DNA from: Octopus sinensis
Lineage: Eukaryota
Length of the DNA: 64,000 nucleotides
NCBI RefSeq assembly: GCF_006345805.1
Contig: NC_043004.1
Coordinates: 81,778,001-81,842,000, forward strand
Direction of reading: 5' to 3'
Under the pieces are notes generated by a model that made no database searches, was not told the origin of the DNA, and saw nothing but the letters and a program-made list of their open reading frames with translations. Every line of letters starts with the position of its first letter. Position 1 is the stretch's first letter. Shown piece after piece: positions 37,379-52,800 of the stretch. Both the position numbers and the translations under genes were made by a program.

Positions 37379-37789
37379 AGTGAATTTGATCGATTGAATC
37401 CTTCAAAAATATGTTCCAGTATGGCCGCAATCCAATATGTGAAACTAGTAAAAGAGGAAAAAAGTAAATAAGAAAGGTCAAAAAAGAAGAAAAAAAGACA
37501 CGAACTCGAAGTCTGACGATTGCGAATCAAACATCTTATCCACATCACCAAGCTTTGTCCAGACTATTTCCTGTAAATTGATAAATGTCACACCATTTTG
37601 TACATTGGTTACGTTGATATTTTCAGGCTTCCGGTAAAGTTTCGATATATCACTCTTAAACACACATCTCCGTCACTTTCTGAAGTCATACATGTGGAAA
37701 CAGACGTATTCCCTCTAAGTGCGGCAGCAATTTTTCTACTATCCACTTGATTATATATATCCATGCGCGCGCGTGCGTGCATGTGTACT

Positions 37790-37880
37790 AACATCTATCC
37801 ATACATCCATCCATACATACATAAACACACACGCACACACACACATATATATATATGTATATATATATATAAATATATGT

Positions 37881-37923
<43 letters not shown>

Positions 37924-37992
37924 AATATATATATATATATATCTATACATATATATATATATATATACTTATATCTATACATATATCTATAC

Positions 37993-38029
<37 letters not shown>

Positions 38030-38147
38030 TGCATATATCTATACATATATATATATATATACATATATCTATACATATATATATATATACATATATACAT
38101 ATATCTATACATATATATGTATATATACATATATCTATACATATATA

Positions 38148-38185
<38 letters not shown>

Positions 38186-38453
38186 CATGCATACTTATAC
38201 ATACATGCACGCACGCACACACAGATATAGATGGATAGATAGATAGATACATACATACATATACAAATGTCTATAAAAATGGATACATTGATGAATGGAT
38301 GGACAGGAAGATATGTAGAAAAATAAATAAGTAAATAAATAAATAAATAGACAGATTGCTATAAAGATATATACACAGACAGACGGACAGGCTGAAGAAG
38401 AGAGAGAGCGAGCAAGAGAAAGAGAGAGAATGACATCTTGATCGTCGGTCGAA

Positions 38454-38546
<93 letters not shown>

Positions 38547-38572
38547 GATAGATAGATAGATAGATGATAGAT

Positions 38573-38637
<65 letters not shown>

Positions 38638-38796
38638 ATGATAGATAGATAGAAGATAGATAGATAGATAGAATGATAGATAGATAGATAATATAGATAG
38701 ATAGAATGATAGATAGATAATATAGATAGAATGATAGTAGATAGATAGATAGATAGATAAATATAGATAGATAGATATAGATAGATAGATAGAGAC

Positions 38797-38890
<94 letters not shown>
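37790..38890. repeat. (TA)n then (GATA)n microsatellite field
   Basis: Direct repeats. Confidence 0.95.
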
Positions 38891-38894
<4 letters not shown>

Positions 38895-39059
38895 CATTAG
38901 TAATTCCTCTTAGGAGTTTGACAGATATAAGATGTGACACCATTTTCTTGTCATTCAATTCTCTTTGTACCACGTATAATACTAAACTTTATAAGGTTTG
39001 GAATATTCGCAGAGAAATTGCCATTATCCACGTGAAAGCAACCTCTGTTGGTGAAGATT

Positions 39060-39220
39060 GGAACTAAAATTTACCTTCTGTATACGCTTTGCTTTGATCC
39101 CTTGTTACCCGTTTGCCATGGCGTATGAGCGACGGAGATTACAAGAATCCCTGCAACGAGACGCCGTTGGGGTTAGTAGACCGCGCTCTTAACCACTACG
39201 CCATATGCTTACGGGCATTT
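39060..39220 (-). mobile_element. tRNA-derived SINE, further family (truncated)
   Basis: Minus strand gcccgtaagcatatggcgtagtggttaagagcgcgg has an A-box-like tggcgtagtggt; B box not clearly retained. Confidence 0.5.
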
Positions 39221-39426
39221 CTATTTCTCTACCTATCTATCAATAAATACATACATATATACACACATACATATATATATATATAATGTATTATGCACGT
39301 ATGCATGTATATATGTATATATATTATGCATGCATGTATGTATATGTGTGTGTGTTTGTGTGTACACATGTAGATGTGTGAATTGAATGACCACCAATCG
39401 TGTTAACTGTGTGGAAGCAAGTTGGG

Positions 39427-39461
<35 letters not shown>

Positions 39462-39647
39462 GTGTGTGTGTGTGTATGTGTGTGTTTATGTTTGTTTTCC
39501 CACTTACAAAGTTTGAGAACTGGTGTTAGTTTCTTTACTTCCTCATAACCCGGCGGTTCGACAAAAGATACCAATAGAATAAATATCAGGCTTGAAATAA
39601 TAGCGATGATGGTGATGATGGTGGTGATGGTGGTGATGGTGGTGATG

Positions 39648-39895
39648 AATTACATAATCAACTTCATTAGCTTACAGCTGTTTCTGCAATTGAAGCAGTT
39701 CAGTCAGAGTTAAGTGTATATTGATCGTCTTCTGCATGTTTCTGCACTTAACTACTTTCCGAAATAAATACACACATCGTTTTAAGGACAGTGAAGTAGC
39801 TACAAGATCATGGTCAGGCACTCTATTCTGATTATAGTGATTTTTGATGCAGAAACAGCCTTGTAAGTAAGCTTGATGAAGTTGATTGTGTAATT
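39648..39895. mobile_element. MITE-like element with ~40-bp imperfect TIRs
   Basis: aattacataatcaacttcattagcttacagctgtttctgca ... tgcagaaacagcc..gtaag....gatgaagttgattgtgtaatt. Confidence 0.6.
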
Positions 39896-40012
39896 TCTCT
39901 CACTTCGTCATTCAGTCAATTCCTATTTCGCTCTCTTCTCGGCAATCACTTTACTCTGATACACTTATTGAGTTCTAACAAGTTTATTAGCACTACTATG
40001 CCTAAAAGAAAT

Positions 40013-40267
40013 CATACACACACACAAACAAACAAACAAACACCCACACAAACACACACACACAAACACCCCCCCCCACACACACACACACACATGCACA
40101 TACACAGACAAACACAGGCCCACATTCACACTACACACGCTCAACGGGTTTCGGCACCCGTTCATTTTTCTACCCATCATACCCCATCTTCAAGACATTT
40201 GTCAATCCTAAACTAAACTGGAAAACAAACAACAACAACAACAACAGCAATAACGATATTGATAACG

Positions 40268-40310
<43 letters not shown>

Positions 40311-40808
40311 GATAATAAAGACATAGATAAATACTTCCGCAAAGTTAGGCGCAGTGGGATCGATCCATAGGATATATCGAATTTACATTTACCCCAATCT
40401 ATGGACGCAAACATTAGCACATTCCGTTCTTTTGTTATGCTCTGCCACAAGGAAAATTTATGGTATGGACAGAGCGTTCATAATATAAAGAAAAGTAAGC
40501 GTCTGCCTGTACATACATACATACAATATATATATATATATATATATATACATACATACACACACACAAACAAACAAACAAACACCCACACAAACACACA
40601 CACACAAACCCACCCCCCCCACACACACACACACATGCACATACACAGAAAACACAGGCCCACATTCACACTACACACGCTCAACGGGTTTCGGCACCCG
40701 TTCATTTTTCTACCCATTTCATACCCCATCTTCAAGACATTGTCAATCCTAAACTAAACTGGAAAACAAACAAACAAACAACAACAGCAATAACGATATT
40801 GATAACGG

Positions 40809-40858
<50 letters not shown>

Positions 40859-41085
40859 TAAAGACATAGATAAATACTCCGCAAAGTTAGGCGCAGTGGG
40901 ATCGATCGATCATAGGATATATCGAATTTACATTTACCCCAATCTATGGACGCAAACATTAGCACATTCCGTTCTTTTGTTATGCTCTGCACAAGGAAAA
41001 TTTATGGGTATGGACAGAGCGTTTCATAATATAAAGAAAAGTAAGCGTCTGCCTGTACATACATACATACATATATATATTATAT
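40013..41085. repeat. Tandem duplication of a ~540-bp unit
   Basis: 40013-40554 repeats at 40555-about 41085; differences are mainly 1-bp indels and microsatellite length. Confidence 0.92.
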
Positions 41086-41089
41086 ATAT

Positions 41090-42800
<1,711 letters not shown>

Positions 42801-43510
42801 ATATAGATGGATGGATACACACAGATACACACACATATATGTGTGTGTTTTCTTCTTCGTTTCAGCCATGTGGCTGCCATCATGTTGGAGCATGTGTGTA
42901 TATATAAAGACGCATTGACATTCACACACGCGCGAACAATATATACATATACACACATAGATGTGTGTGTGTGGTGTGTGTGTGTGTGTGTTGATTATAG
43001 CTGATTATATGAGCATTTTTATGTGTATATTTATTTACGGATACACACACACACTCATGACTATAAAAATATAGACGTCAAAATACATGTGTGTATATTT
43101 GTGTATATATATATATATGCACACACACGCATACACATATGTATACGTATAAAATGTTATACGCAAAAAGATATGTCTATATATTAATGTATATTTATTC
43201 ACACGCACACATTTAAATACATTTGAAGATATGTGTAAATATTTGTTTATGTATATGTGTGTGTATGAATGTATGTGTATATATGTGCATATGGAATTAT
43301 AAATATGTATGTGCATATGCAATATGTGTGAGTGTTTATGTGAGTTATACGTGTATGTTATGTATCTATATGTATGCATGCATAAAACATATATATATAT
43401 ATATATAATATATATATGCATGTATGTATATGTGTTTGTGTGTATGTATGAATGTCTGCATGTGTTTGTGCACACAGATATAAATACGTTTATCAAATAA
43501 CTGTGCTTAC

Positions 43511-43700
43511 GTGGGTTACGAGACGTATTGTTATTTATCAATATTATTGTTAATATTACTACTACCACCACAACTATTACTACGACCACCACCACCACTA
43601 CCACCGCCACTAGTAATGCTAGTATCACAACTAAGCTCTTCCATACAGCATAAATGCGATGGCGAAATAAGACCGCAGCCGGAGAAAACATGGCGTCCAT
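43511..43700 (-). CDS. Candidate first coding exon of a membrane/secreted protein
   Basis: aagATGG start; MDAMFSPAAVLFRHRIYAVWKSLVVILALLVAVVVVVVVVVIVVVVVVILTIILINNNTSRNP; ends at a c|GTAAGC donor (phase 1); promoter-like motifs upstream. No downstream exon identified. Confidence 0.33.
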
Positions 43701-43719
43701 CTTCGCAGACAGAACGGAA

Positions 43720-43819
43720 NNNNNNNNNNNNNNNNNNNNNNNNNNNNNNNNNNNNNNNNNNNNNNNNNNNNNNNNNNNNNNNNNNNNNNNNNNNNNNNNN
43801 NNNNNNNNNNNNNNNNNNN
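43720..43819. other. Assembly gap (100 N)
   Basis: Run of N. Confidence 0.99.
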
Positions 43820-43934
43820 TTTTTTATTTCTTTTCGCATTCTCTTTTTTATTTTGCTGTTGTTGTTGTTGTTGTTTTCTAACGTTAAATTTGTTCGCTGA
43901 AACATCACCTAACCTTTTTACTGTAGTTAGTCGA

Positions 43935-43968
43935 TGACGTCAGAGATGCCATTCACCAATCAATGACG
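43935..43968. promoter_or_regulatory. CRE palindrome + CCAAT box + half-CRE cluster
   Basis: TGACGTCA 43935-43942, CCAAT 43956-43960, TGACG 43964-43968 in non-repetitive sequence. Confidence 0.45.
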
Positions 43969-44122
43969 CCGAAAGAAGAAAAAAAACAAACAAACCAAAA
44001 GCTTTATTTTCATCGACATCGACATCAGTGCACCGTCATTGATGAAGACGACGATGACGATAACAACAACAACATTAAAGTAATACAAGAGATAACACCA
44101 GACGTATAAAAGACACGTGCTC

Positions 44123-44159
<37 letters not shown>

Positions 44160-44514
44160 TGTAGTAGTAGTAGTGGTGGTGGTCGTCGTGGTCGTGGTGG
44201 TGGTCGTCGTCGTGCTGGTGATGGTGGTGGTGGTGGTAGTCGTGGTGGTAGTCATGAGGGTGGGTCTAGTAGTAGTAGTGGTTGTGGTGGTAGTAGTAGT
44301 AGTAGAAGTTGTTGTTGTTGTAGTAGTAGTAGTAAAATGAAAATCATTGTTTCCCCCCAACCGCCACGCTCCTCCGTCTCTTGCTCATTCTCTTCATCCG
44401 CTGTCATCATCATCATCGTTGTCATCACCATCATCATCATCATTATCAACACCACCACCATTGTCGGCATCATCGTGATATTATCATCTCATCGATCACC
44501 AGTAACTCACACGC

Positions 44515-45058
44515 ACAGTATTGAATTTAGATCGACTTTGACTTAATTTACGACTTCGAAAGGATGAAAGGCAAAGTCGACCTCGGCGGAATTTGAACTC
44601 AGAACATAAAAACAGATGAACTACCGCTTGAGCATTGTGCCCGACATGTTAACGATTTTGTCAACTAGCCACCTTAATTATTATTATTATTATTTCAATT
44701 TTTTCCCACAAGGGGAGCTTGGGGAGGGTGGGGATGAGTCGATTACATCGACCCCAGTGTTCAACTGGTACTTATTTTATCAGCCTCAAAAGGATGAAAG
44801 GCAAAGTCGACCTCGGCGGAATTTGAACTCAGAATGTAGGGACTGGGCGAAATACCTATTTCTTTACTACCCACAAGCGGCTAAACACAGAGAGGACAAA
44901 CAAGGACTGACAGTGCGTAACTGGTACGTAAATTATCGACCCCGAAAGGATGAAAGGCAAAGTCGACCTCGGCGGAATTTGAACTCAGAACGCAACGGCG
45001 GACAAAATAACGCTAAGCATTTCGCCCGGCGTGCTAACGTTTCTACCAGCCTGCCACC
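44515..45058 (-). mobile_element. SINE family A cluster (monomer + dimer)
   Basis: Three reverse-complement cores (aaaggatgaaaggcaaagtcgacctcggcggaatttgaactcagaa); head ends at about 45058. Confidence 0.86.
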
Positions 45059-45118
<60 letters not shown>

Positions 45119-45125
45119 TAACAAC

Positions 45126-45188
<63 letters not shown>

Positions 45189-45687
45189 AAGAAGAAGAAG
45201 AAGAAGAAGAAGAACTGATGACATCATCATCACCATTATCATCATCATTAAAACACAATATCGATAGAATAGCAGTAGCACCGTTACGTCCTCATCCACC
45301 ACCACCAGACACCACCACCAGACACCACCACCACCACCTCCACCACCAGCATTACTATTAAACGAATAAGAAGAATAACATTTACTGAAACAAATTTCAA
45401 TATATACACGACTACATTTATATCTATGTATAGCAAATGTAGTTGGTGTTGTCATACTGGGTGTATATAAACCTACGCATTCACACACACATACACACCA
45501 CACACCACACACACGCCACACAGAGCACACGTACATATACACACACACACGGATACGCACATACAGACACCAACCGATATATGTAAATTATTATACGTAT
45601 ATAAATATATAAACATTCGTGTGTATGTATATATGTACATATGTGTATGAGTATGTATATGTATGTATATATATCATAATATAAATA

Positions 45688-45855
45688 GTAGGAGTGGCTT
45701 TGTGGTAAGTAGCTTGTTTACCAACCACATGGTTCCGGGTTCAGTCCCACTGCGTAGCACCTTGGGCAAGTGTCTTGTACTATAGCCTCGGGCCGACCAA
45801 AGCCTTGTGAGAGGATTTGGTAGACGGAAACTGAAAGAAGCCCGTCGTATGTATG

Positions 45856-45905
<50 letters not shown>

Positions 45906-46105
45906 GTGTGTGTGTGTGCGTGTGTTTGTGTGTCTGTTTGTCCCCCTAGCATTGCTTGACAACCGATGCTGGTGTGTTTATGTCCCCGTCACTTAGCGGT
46001 TCGGCAAAAGAGACCGATAGAATAAGTACTGGGCTTACAAAGAATAAGTCCCGGGTCGAGTTGCTCGATTAAAGTCGGTGCTCCAGCATGGCCGCAGTCA
46101 AATGA
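45688..46105 (+). mobile_element. SINE family B, near-consensus copy
   Basis: aggagtggctttgtggtaagtagc...ggttccgggttcagtccc...(TA)n(TG)n...gcatggccgcagtcaaatgactgaaacaagtaaaag. Confidence 0.9.
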
Positions 46106-46138
46106 CTGAAACAAGTAAAAGAGTAAAGTGTATATGTA

Positions 46139-46178
<40 letters not shown>

Positions 46179-46448
46179 AGATAAGAAAATTGTGGTGGTT
46201 TAATAAAGTATGTGATTGAGTATTATCGTGTAATTGATATTTGATTTAGATGTATTTCTCCATTTTCTTATCTCGTATTAGTAATTTGTGGTAAATCATT
46301 TTACCTTTGCCCATATAATACAGTAAATGCATTGATAGCATCGCAATCATTAACATTTATGTATTACTTTGTTGGGTACTTCACTAGCAGTATATTGGAT
46401 ATATGTTATCCCATGGAGGGTTGCATTTACAACCCCTATCTCAATTTG

Positions 46449-46481
<33 letters not shown>

Positions 46482-46486
46482 ATTAG

Positions 46487-46752
46487 TGTACATTTATGTA
46501 CAAAAGGGGTGACCCTAACAGGGCACCTTACATACTAAAAGGGGCAGTTGACCGCGTGTGTACCGTTGGCGATTTTTTTTCCTCTGTCTTCCCTTCTCTG
46601 GATCTTTCCTCCTCCGATGTTTCCGACGAAGAGCTCAGCTCGAAACGTTAAACCCTCCTTCTTTCCTTCTTCCTGAGCGTCTAATAATACTATATTTGTT
46701 CCACGTCCTCGCGTTGTTGTATTTTTTTGTGCTTTCTTGTTTGGATTAACCA
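46487..46752 (+). mobile_element. Solo PLE terminal repeat family B between (TA) tracts
   Basis: Homologous to the 16272-16414 hairpin next to the minus-strand PLE; contains an HHR motif. Confidence 0.78.
46619..46653 (+). ncRNA. Minimal type I hammerhead-like motif (CCGACGA core)
   Basis: gttt CCGACGA a GAGC tca GCTC GAAA cgt T aaac; stem I 4 bp, ACGU palindrome, GUU triplet. Confidence 0.62.
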
Positions 46753-46809
46753 TATATATATATCACAACTTTCTCTCACTCTTTCTTCTGTTTCTGTTGT
46801 TCCTGTATT

Positions 46810-46980
46810 TCAAGGGCCCACTCTTGTCACACTCTGTGTCACACTAAATCTACCCAAGAACGACGTTAAGAGGTACACGTGTCTGTGGAGTGCTCAGCCG
46901 CTTACACGTTAATTTCACGAGCAGGTTGTTCCGTTGATCGGAAAAACTGGGACCCTCGTCGTTGTAACCGACGGAGTGCC
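46810..46980 (+). mobile_element. SINE-like dispersed repeat body (family D)
   Basis: gtggagtgctcagccgcttacacgttaatttcacgagcagg; reverse-complement copy at about 53780-53960. Confidence 0.6.
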
Positions 46981-47229
46981 ACGTATGTATATATACACAT
47001 ATATAAATATATACCTATGCACATAGGCAACATACACACAAAGTCATTTCTGACTGTTTGCGTATGTGTTTTTCTGTGCATACGTATTCAGTTGTTGGTG
47101 TGTGTGTGTATGTGTGTGTATATATGTGTATATGTGTGTGTGTGTGTGCCACTAGATAAATCAATGATATTATGAGTAATTAATCCTTGTATTACTAATT
47201 AGGTGTAAAATAGTACAAGTTGTAAGGTG

Positions 47230-47497
47230 AACAAATACGTCACGCGATCATGTAACCGATCAGGCTATCAGATGTTGCTACACATCGCTGGTCACGGTGC
47301 CCTTTGCACTGTTTTAGCCTTCGAATGAGGCCACCCCGCTGGCTAGGTGAGCAGGCCAACATTCCCTTTCGTTAGAAAGGGAGGACTGGTGCAACGTGAT
47401 ATGAAGCGATTTGCTCAAGAACACAATGGAGCACCCAATCAGGGAATCGAACACACGATCTAGCGATCGCGAGGACAATAGCCTAAGCACTAGGCCA
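47230..47497 (-). mobile_element. SINE with family C-type tRNA head and a different body
   Basis: Minus strand gaaggtgcgtggcctagtgcttagg...gtgttcgattccc...ttgagcaaatcgc. Confidence 0.65.
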
Positions 47498-47524
47498 CGC
47501 ACCTTCACAGAACAAATACTATTA

Positions 47525-47925
47525 TAAGGCGATGAGCTGGCAGAATCGTTAGCACACCGATATTTCGCCTGTCTTTACGTTCTGAGTTCAAATCCTGCCG
47601 AGGTCGACTTTGCTTTTCATCCTTTCGGGGTCGATAAATTAAGTAGCGTATGCGTACTGGGATCGATCTAAACGACTGGCCCCCTCCCCAAAACCTTCGG
47701 GCCTTGTACCTGGAGCAGAAAAGAATATTTATAAGCCTTAAATGCGGCGAGCTGGCAGAAACGTTAGCACGCCGGGCGACATGCTTAGCAGTATTTTGTC
47801 TGTCTTTACGTTCTGAGTTCAAATTCCACCGAGGTCGACTTTGCCTTTCATCCTTTCGGGGCCAATAAATTAAGTACCAATTGCGTACTGGGGTCGATCT
47901 AATCTACTGGCTGCCTCCCCAAAAG
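47525..47925 (+). mobile_element. Two SINE family A copies in tandem
   Basis: Heads at about 47526 and 47744, each with core and tail. Confidence 0.86.
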
Positions 47926-48099
47926 TAGAAAACAACAAATACTATTGTGACTAATTTAGCGCTAATCATAACGAGGAGCATAAAGCACAATTAGGAATTA
48001 TTACCAGTCATAAACAGCGATATCAGATACTAATTATAACAAAGGTTCTTCTAGTTATAACACGGAATATCATATCATATAACAATTATGAATATGCGC

Positions 48100-48480
48100 A
48101 GGAGTGGCTGTGTATAGGCGCAGGAGTGGCTGTGTGGTAAGTAGCTTGCTTACCAACCACATGGATCCGGGCAGTGGCACCTTGGGCAAGTGTCTTCTAC
48201 TATAGCCTCGGTCGACCAAAGCCTTGTGAGTGGATTTGGTAGACGGAAACTGAAAGAAGCCCTATAGGTGTGTGTCTGTCTGTCTGTCTCCTCCCACCAT
48301 CGCTTGACAACTGATGGTGAAGTGTCTACGTCCCAGTAACCTTGCGGTTCGGCAAAAGCGACCGATAGAATAAGTACTAGGTTAACAAAGAATAAGTGCT
48401 GGAGTCGATTTGTTCGACTAAAGCCGGTGCTCCAGCGTGACCGCAGTCAAATAACTGAAACGAATAAAAGAATAAAAGAT
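48100..48480 (+). mobile_element. SINE family B with duplicated 5' head
   Basis: gcgcaggagtggctgtgt occurs twice (about 48097 and 48119) before the body. Confidence 0.85.
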
Positions 48481-49286
48481 AATGCGAGCGCTAATCATCA
48501 CCAAGGCTAATAACGTTGATTTCTTGGTATCTTTTATCGTTAATATTTTGCTGGTTTCTGTTATTAGGTTCCGGCCATGCTGGGCACCGCCTTGAAGAAT
48601 TCTAATGGATCTAATCGACCCCGCTATTTGTTGATTTCTAAGTCTGGTACTTAATCTATCGATTGTTTTGCCGAATCGGTGAGTCTTAACCACAAGACGA
48701 TAACAAAAAAAAAAAAAGAACGCAATAAATTTACGCCATTGTCATTGTGTAAACTGGTTCGAGTGTGTCTCACTATATTTGACGATACATCTTCACCTAA
48801 ATTTAAAATGGTGAGATTCTTCGCAGAAAGCATGAAGGAAACGTGACTTCAAATCTCATGACATTTTGATCGCCCTTCAACCGATCTTACCAAGAAAACC
48901 GCAAGTGGCACTCCTACGTAAATACATTCACAAAATAACAGCTGAACAAGACAAAACGAAATCCAACCGTATACTCTAAAGAAATATTCCAAGGAGATCT
49001 ATCTGCTCGCATTGTATCTCTTAAAATTAGTTCTGCTGTCTTTCTAAAATATACAGAATCAACTTGAATGTCGATATAGATGTGGATTAATATAGATCAC
49101 TGCTTTTGCGTAACGGGTTCAAAGCTTCATATAAAAAGACGATAACCAGCTAGAGACCTTATCATAAAGCTGAACAGTTGTTAAATCGAGATGTATTCGT
49201 GGAAACAGAAGTAAAATATGCGCAAAGCGTCTCATGGGAGAGAAAGCATGCGAGAACAGATAATGGTAAGATAAAGACAGACAGGC

Positions 49287-49324
<38 letters not shown>

Positions 49325-49619
49325 AGAGAGAGAGTAAGGTAAGGAGTTAGCGTAGAATGGTATGTGAACGTATGACGAAGATGAGATGTAAGTGTGAAGG
49401 ATGAAAGACAGAAAGTGAAGCAGAGTTCAAGAGTTTCTCAAGGAAATCGCTATTTCGAATGGCGGTGAGGTCAAAGTTGAAAGCTGAGCAAAAATTGGAG
49501 AGGTTTGTATTTTTTTTATTCTGTTTTTTTCTTTTTTCTTTTTGTATTAATAGATTATCTGTAACTGAACAATGAGATAATACAGTGCTTGTGTAATAAC
49601 CAGTAAGACCGACGGATTA

Positions 49620-49651
<32 letters not shown>

Positions 49652-51089
49652 GAAGGAGATGAAGAAGAAAGAGATGAAGATGAAGGTGTGGGAAGGAGAA
49701 GGGAGGAGGAAATGAGGAGGGGAGAGGGGGGAGGAGAAAGGTGAAGAGGAGAAGGAGGAAAGATGAGGAGGAGGTGGAAAGAGGAGGAAGAAAGAGGAGG
49801 AAAGAGAAGGAAGGAAGGAAAAAAGAGAGGAGGAGGAGAGATAACAGCGATGACCACATAAGGCGGCTGAGAATTAAAGAATCAAGAAGAAGAAGAAGAA
49901 GACAAAGAAGAAGAAGAAGACAAAGAAGAAGAAGACAAAGAAGAAGAAGAAGAAGAAGAAGAAGAAGAAGAAGAAGAAGAAGAAGAAGAAGAAGAAGAAG
50001 AAGAAGAAGAAGATTATTAGAAAGAATTTAAGATATATGAGAGAAAAAGCTGATATTAAGGTTATGATTAGCATGAAGAGAAGGTCGGTTAAGAAAGTCA
50101 GTCATTTACAAAAAATCCTTCAACTTTCTCTTGGATTGGATAAAAAAAAACACCGGCGTAGATGAGTGGTAAGTAGCTTGTTTAGCAACCAGATGGTTCC
50201 AGGTTCATCCTACAGCATGGCCTCTTGGGCGAGAGTCATCTACTATAGCTTCAGGCTAACCAAAACCTTGTGAGTGGATTTGGTAGACGGAAACTGAAAG
50301 AAGCCTGTCGCAGATATGTGTGTGTGTGTGTGTGCATATGTGTGTGTGAACCACTAAGTTGTGGGGCTGTAAGCAAACCAACACCGGCTGTCAAGCAATG
50401 GCCGGAACAAGCACAGACAGAAAGATAAACGTACTCATAACTCTCTCTCTTTCTCTCTCTCACCGCCATCTTCCTCTATATAAGCGTGTGTATGTGTATG
50501 TGCGTGCACGTGTGTGTGAGTTCTTCTGTTTGCGTTTATCTCTCACCACTGCCCAACAACCGGTGATGGTTTGTTTACGTTCTTGTAACTGACTACTTCT
50601 GAAAATGTGACCGATAGCATAAGTTCCAAACCTTAAAAGAAAGAAAAAAAATTTGCTGGGGATCAGTACATTCGGCTCAACCCTACAAGGTAGTGCCCCA
50701 GCAAAGCCACAGTCCAATGATTGAAATAAGTGAAAGACAGTACATACAGTATATTTTTTTAAGGCGGCGAGCACACCGGGCGAAATACTTAGCGGTATTT
50801 CGTCTGCCGCTACTTTCGGGTTTCAAATTCCGCCGAGGTCGACTTTGCCTTTCATTCTTTCGGTTCATATTTGGTTGATTAAAAATGTAATGGCAAGTAT
50901 TAATTGATCTTTTTCTTTACTTTAAAATTCGGCACGAACTTTCCGGACAACCCAATATATGTATTTATGTGTATTTGTGTATATATGTGTGTGTGTGTTC
51001 GTATATATATGAATGTGTATGCTTACGCATACGACGAAAAGAGTTTTGTTTATTTAGGACAATGCTCCAACAGTCCTGTTCTTGGTTTC

Positions 51090-51701
51090 AATGGCAGCTG
51101 TGCGTGGCTGTGGCTTTGAACTCCCTATTTTCCTGATTTGCCCCCATTAAAAAACGGCTGAAAATCTGTATCGCTGTGATGATGACGTCATGTCTGCTGC
51201 TGATGACTTTTTTTACAAACTAGATGAAAGCTGCTTCACCAATGGGATCCAAGCACTGCAACTCCGATGGAAGAAGTGGTTGGACTGCAAATTGGGACCA
51301 TGTTGAAAAATAAACCTCATTTAGTCACATTCCAAGAGAGTATCAGTGGAGGCACATGGCCTAGTGGTTGGAGCAGCAGACTCGCGGTCGAGGGATCGCG
51401 TGTTCGAATCTCAGACCGGGCGATGTGTGTGTTTATGAGCGAAACACCTAAGCTCCACGCAGCTCCGACAGAAGGTAATGGCGAAACTTCTGCTGACTCT
51501 TCCGCCACAACTTTCTCTCACTCTTTCCTCCTGCATCTTGCGGCTCACCTGCGACGGACCGGCGTCCCGTCCAGGTGGGGAACCTATACGCCAAGAAACC
51601 GGGAAACCGGCCCTTATGAGCCAGGCATGGCTCGAGAAGGAACAAACAAAAACAACAAGAGAGTATTATGGTCAGCCTATGAACTTTTCAACCGACCCTT
51701 G
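51090..51701 (+). pseudogene. Mariner transposase 3' remnant and right TIR, split by a SINE
   Basis: PYFPDLPP (YSPDL-like), DDDVMSAADDFFYKLDESCFTNGIQALQLRWKK; TIR ...aacttttcaaccgacccttg|ta. Confidence 0.75.
51344..51655 (+). mobile_element. Full-length SINE family C with 11-bp TSD
   Basis: A box tggcctagtggt, B box gttcgaatc; TSD caagagagtat at 51333-51343 and 51656-51666; (AAC)-rich tail. Confidence 0.9.
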
Positions 51702-52800
51702 TACTAGCATTTAGGTCTCTCACACATTGTTCTTGTCAACAGAGCTGCCATAAAATTTTATTTCTTTATTTTGTATCGTACTAAATTATCTTGCGATATT
51801 TGTTCCAGCTTGTAGGCGCATAACGAGTCAAATGGCGGCTATGCCTTCTTCGCAACCGCGTGGTTCGGGTGCGATCCCATTACGTGACATCTTAGGCAGA
51901 TGTTTTAAGATGGCGATGGGCAGAATCATTTACGCACCAGACAAAATGCTTCGCGGCATTTCTTCCGACTTTACATTCTGGGGTCGAATTTGTCTTTCAT
52001 TCTTTCGGGGTCAACAAAATATAGTACCACTTGAACACTGGGGTTGATATAACCTAGAGATTCCCAAACTTTTCCAGGTTGCTGCCCCCTTGTCACCTGA
52101 GCCAGATTCCTAGCGCTCCCACCGCCAACTAATTATTACAAGCATAGACCTCTTTCTGAAGCAAATTCAAAGCAACTGTATTTAACATAAAACTTAACCT
52201 AGCGAACCCATTATTTTGTTGTTTCTACATGAACGGCTACCCCATTATCGCCCCACTTTTCTTTAACGTTCCTTTGGAACTTACCGCCGCTCCCAGTGGG
52301 GCAATACCGCCCACTTTGCGAGTAACCGACTTAACCCCCGCCCCGATATTGCTGGCTTTTTCTCCCAAAATTTGAAGCCAATGTTATAGAATTTAGAGGC
52401 GAAGAATTAATTGCAGTTGGTAGAGTGACACACAAAGTGCCTTGCAGAGTTTAATTATAAGCTTTCGCGTCTTGATTTCAGATCCCCGTCGGGAATTCTC
52501 GATTACTTCGATCCCAGTGCCTGACTGGTACTTTTTATCGATCCCGGAAAAATGAAGAGTAAGCTTGACATCGGCGCAATTGAAACCCAAAACGTAAAGG
52601 GTCGAAACATACACAGCAAAGCATTTTGTCTGGCACCGTTCTGTCTTTCAAACGCGCTTCTTTCAACTCCAAGAACCGTTTCTGACAGAAGTACAAGGCC
52701 ACAAAATTGGCTGAGAGAAATTTCAGGTTATATCGGCTCGACTGTCTCAATGACAATTTTATCAACACCAGAAGCACGAAAAGCAAAGTTAACTTCGGCG

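Noticed and set aside
37560-37690. Possible second minus-strand exon (ttcag|...|gtaacc) in phase with the 43.6-kb exon
   Set aside because: Weak splice sites and no recognisable domain.
43620-43670. WKSLVVIL resemblance to the SLC13/INDY N-terminus
   Set aside because: The following conserved PLLLLPL...EA.C.Y segment is absent, so no gene name is assigned.
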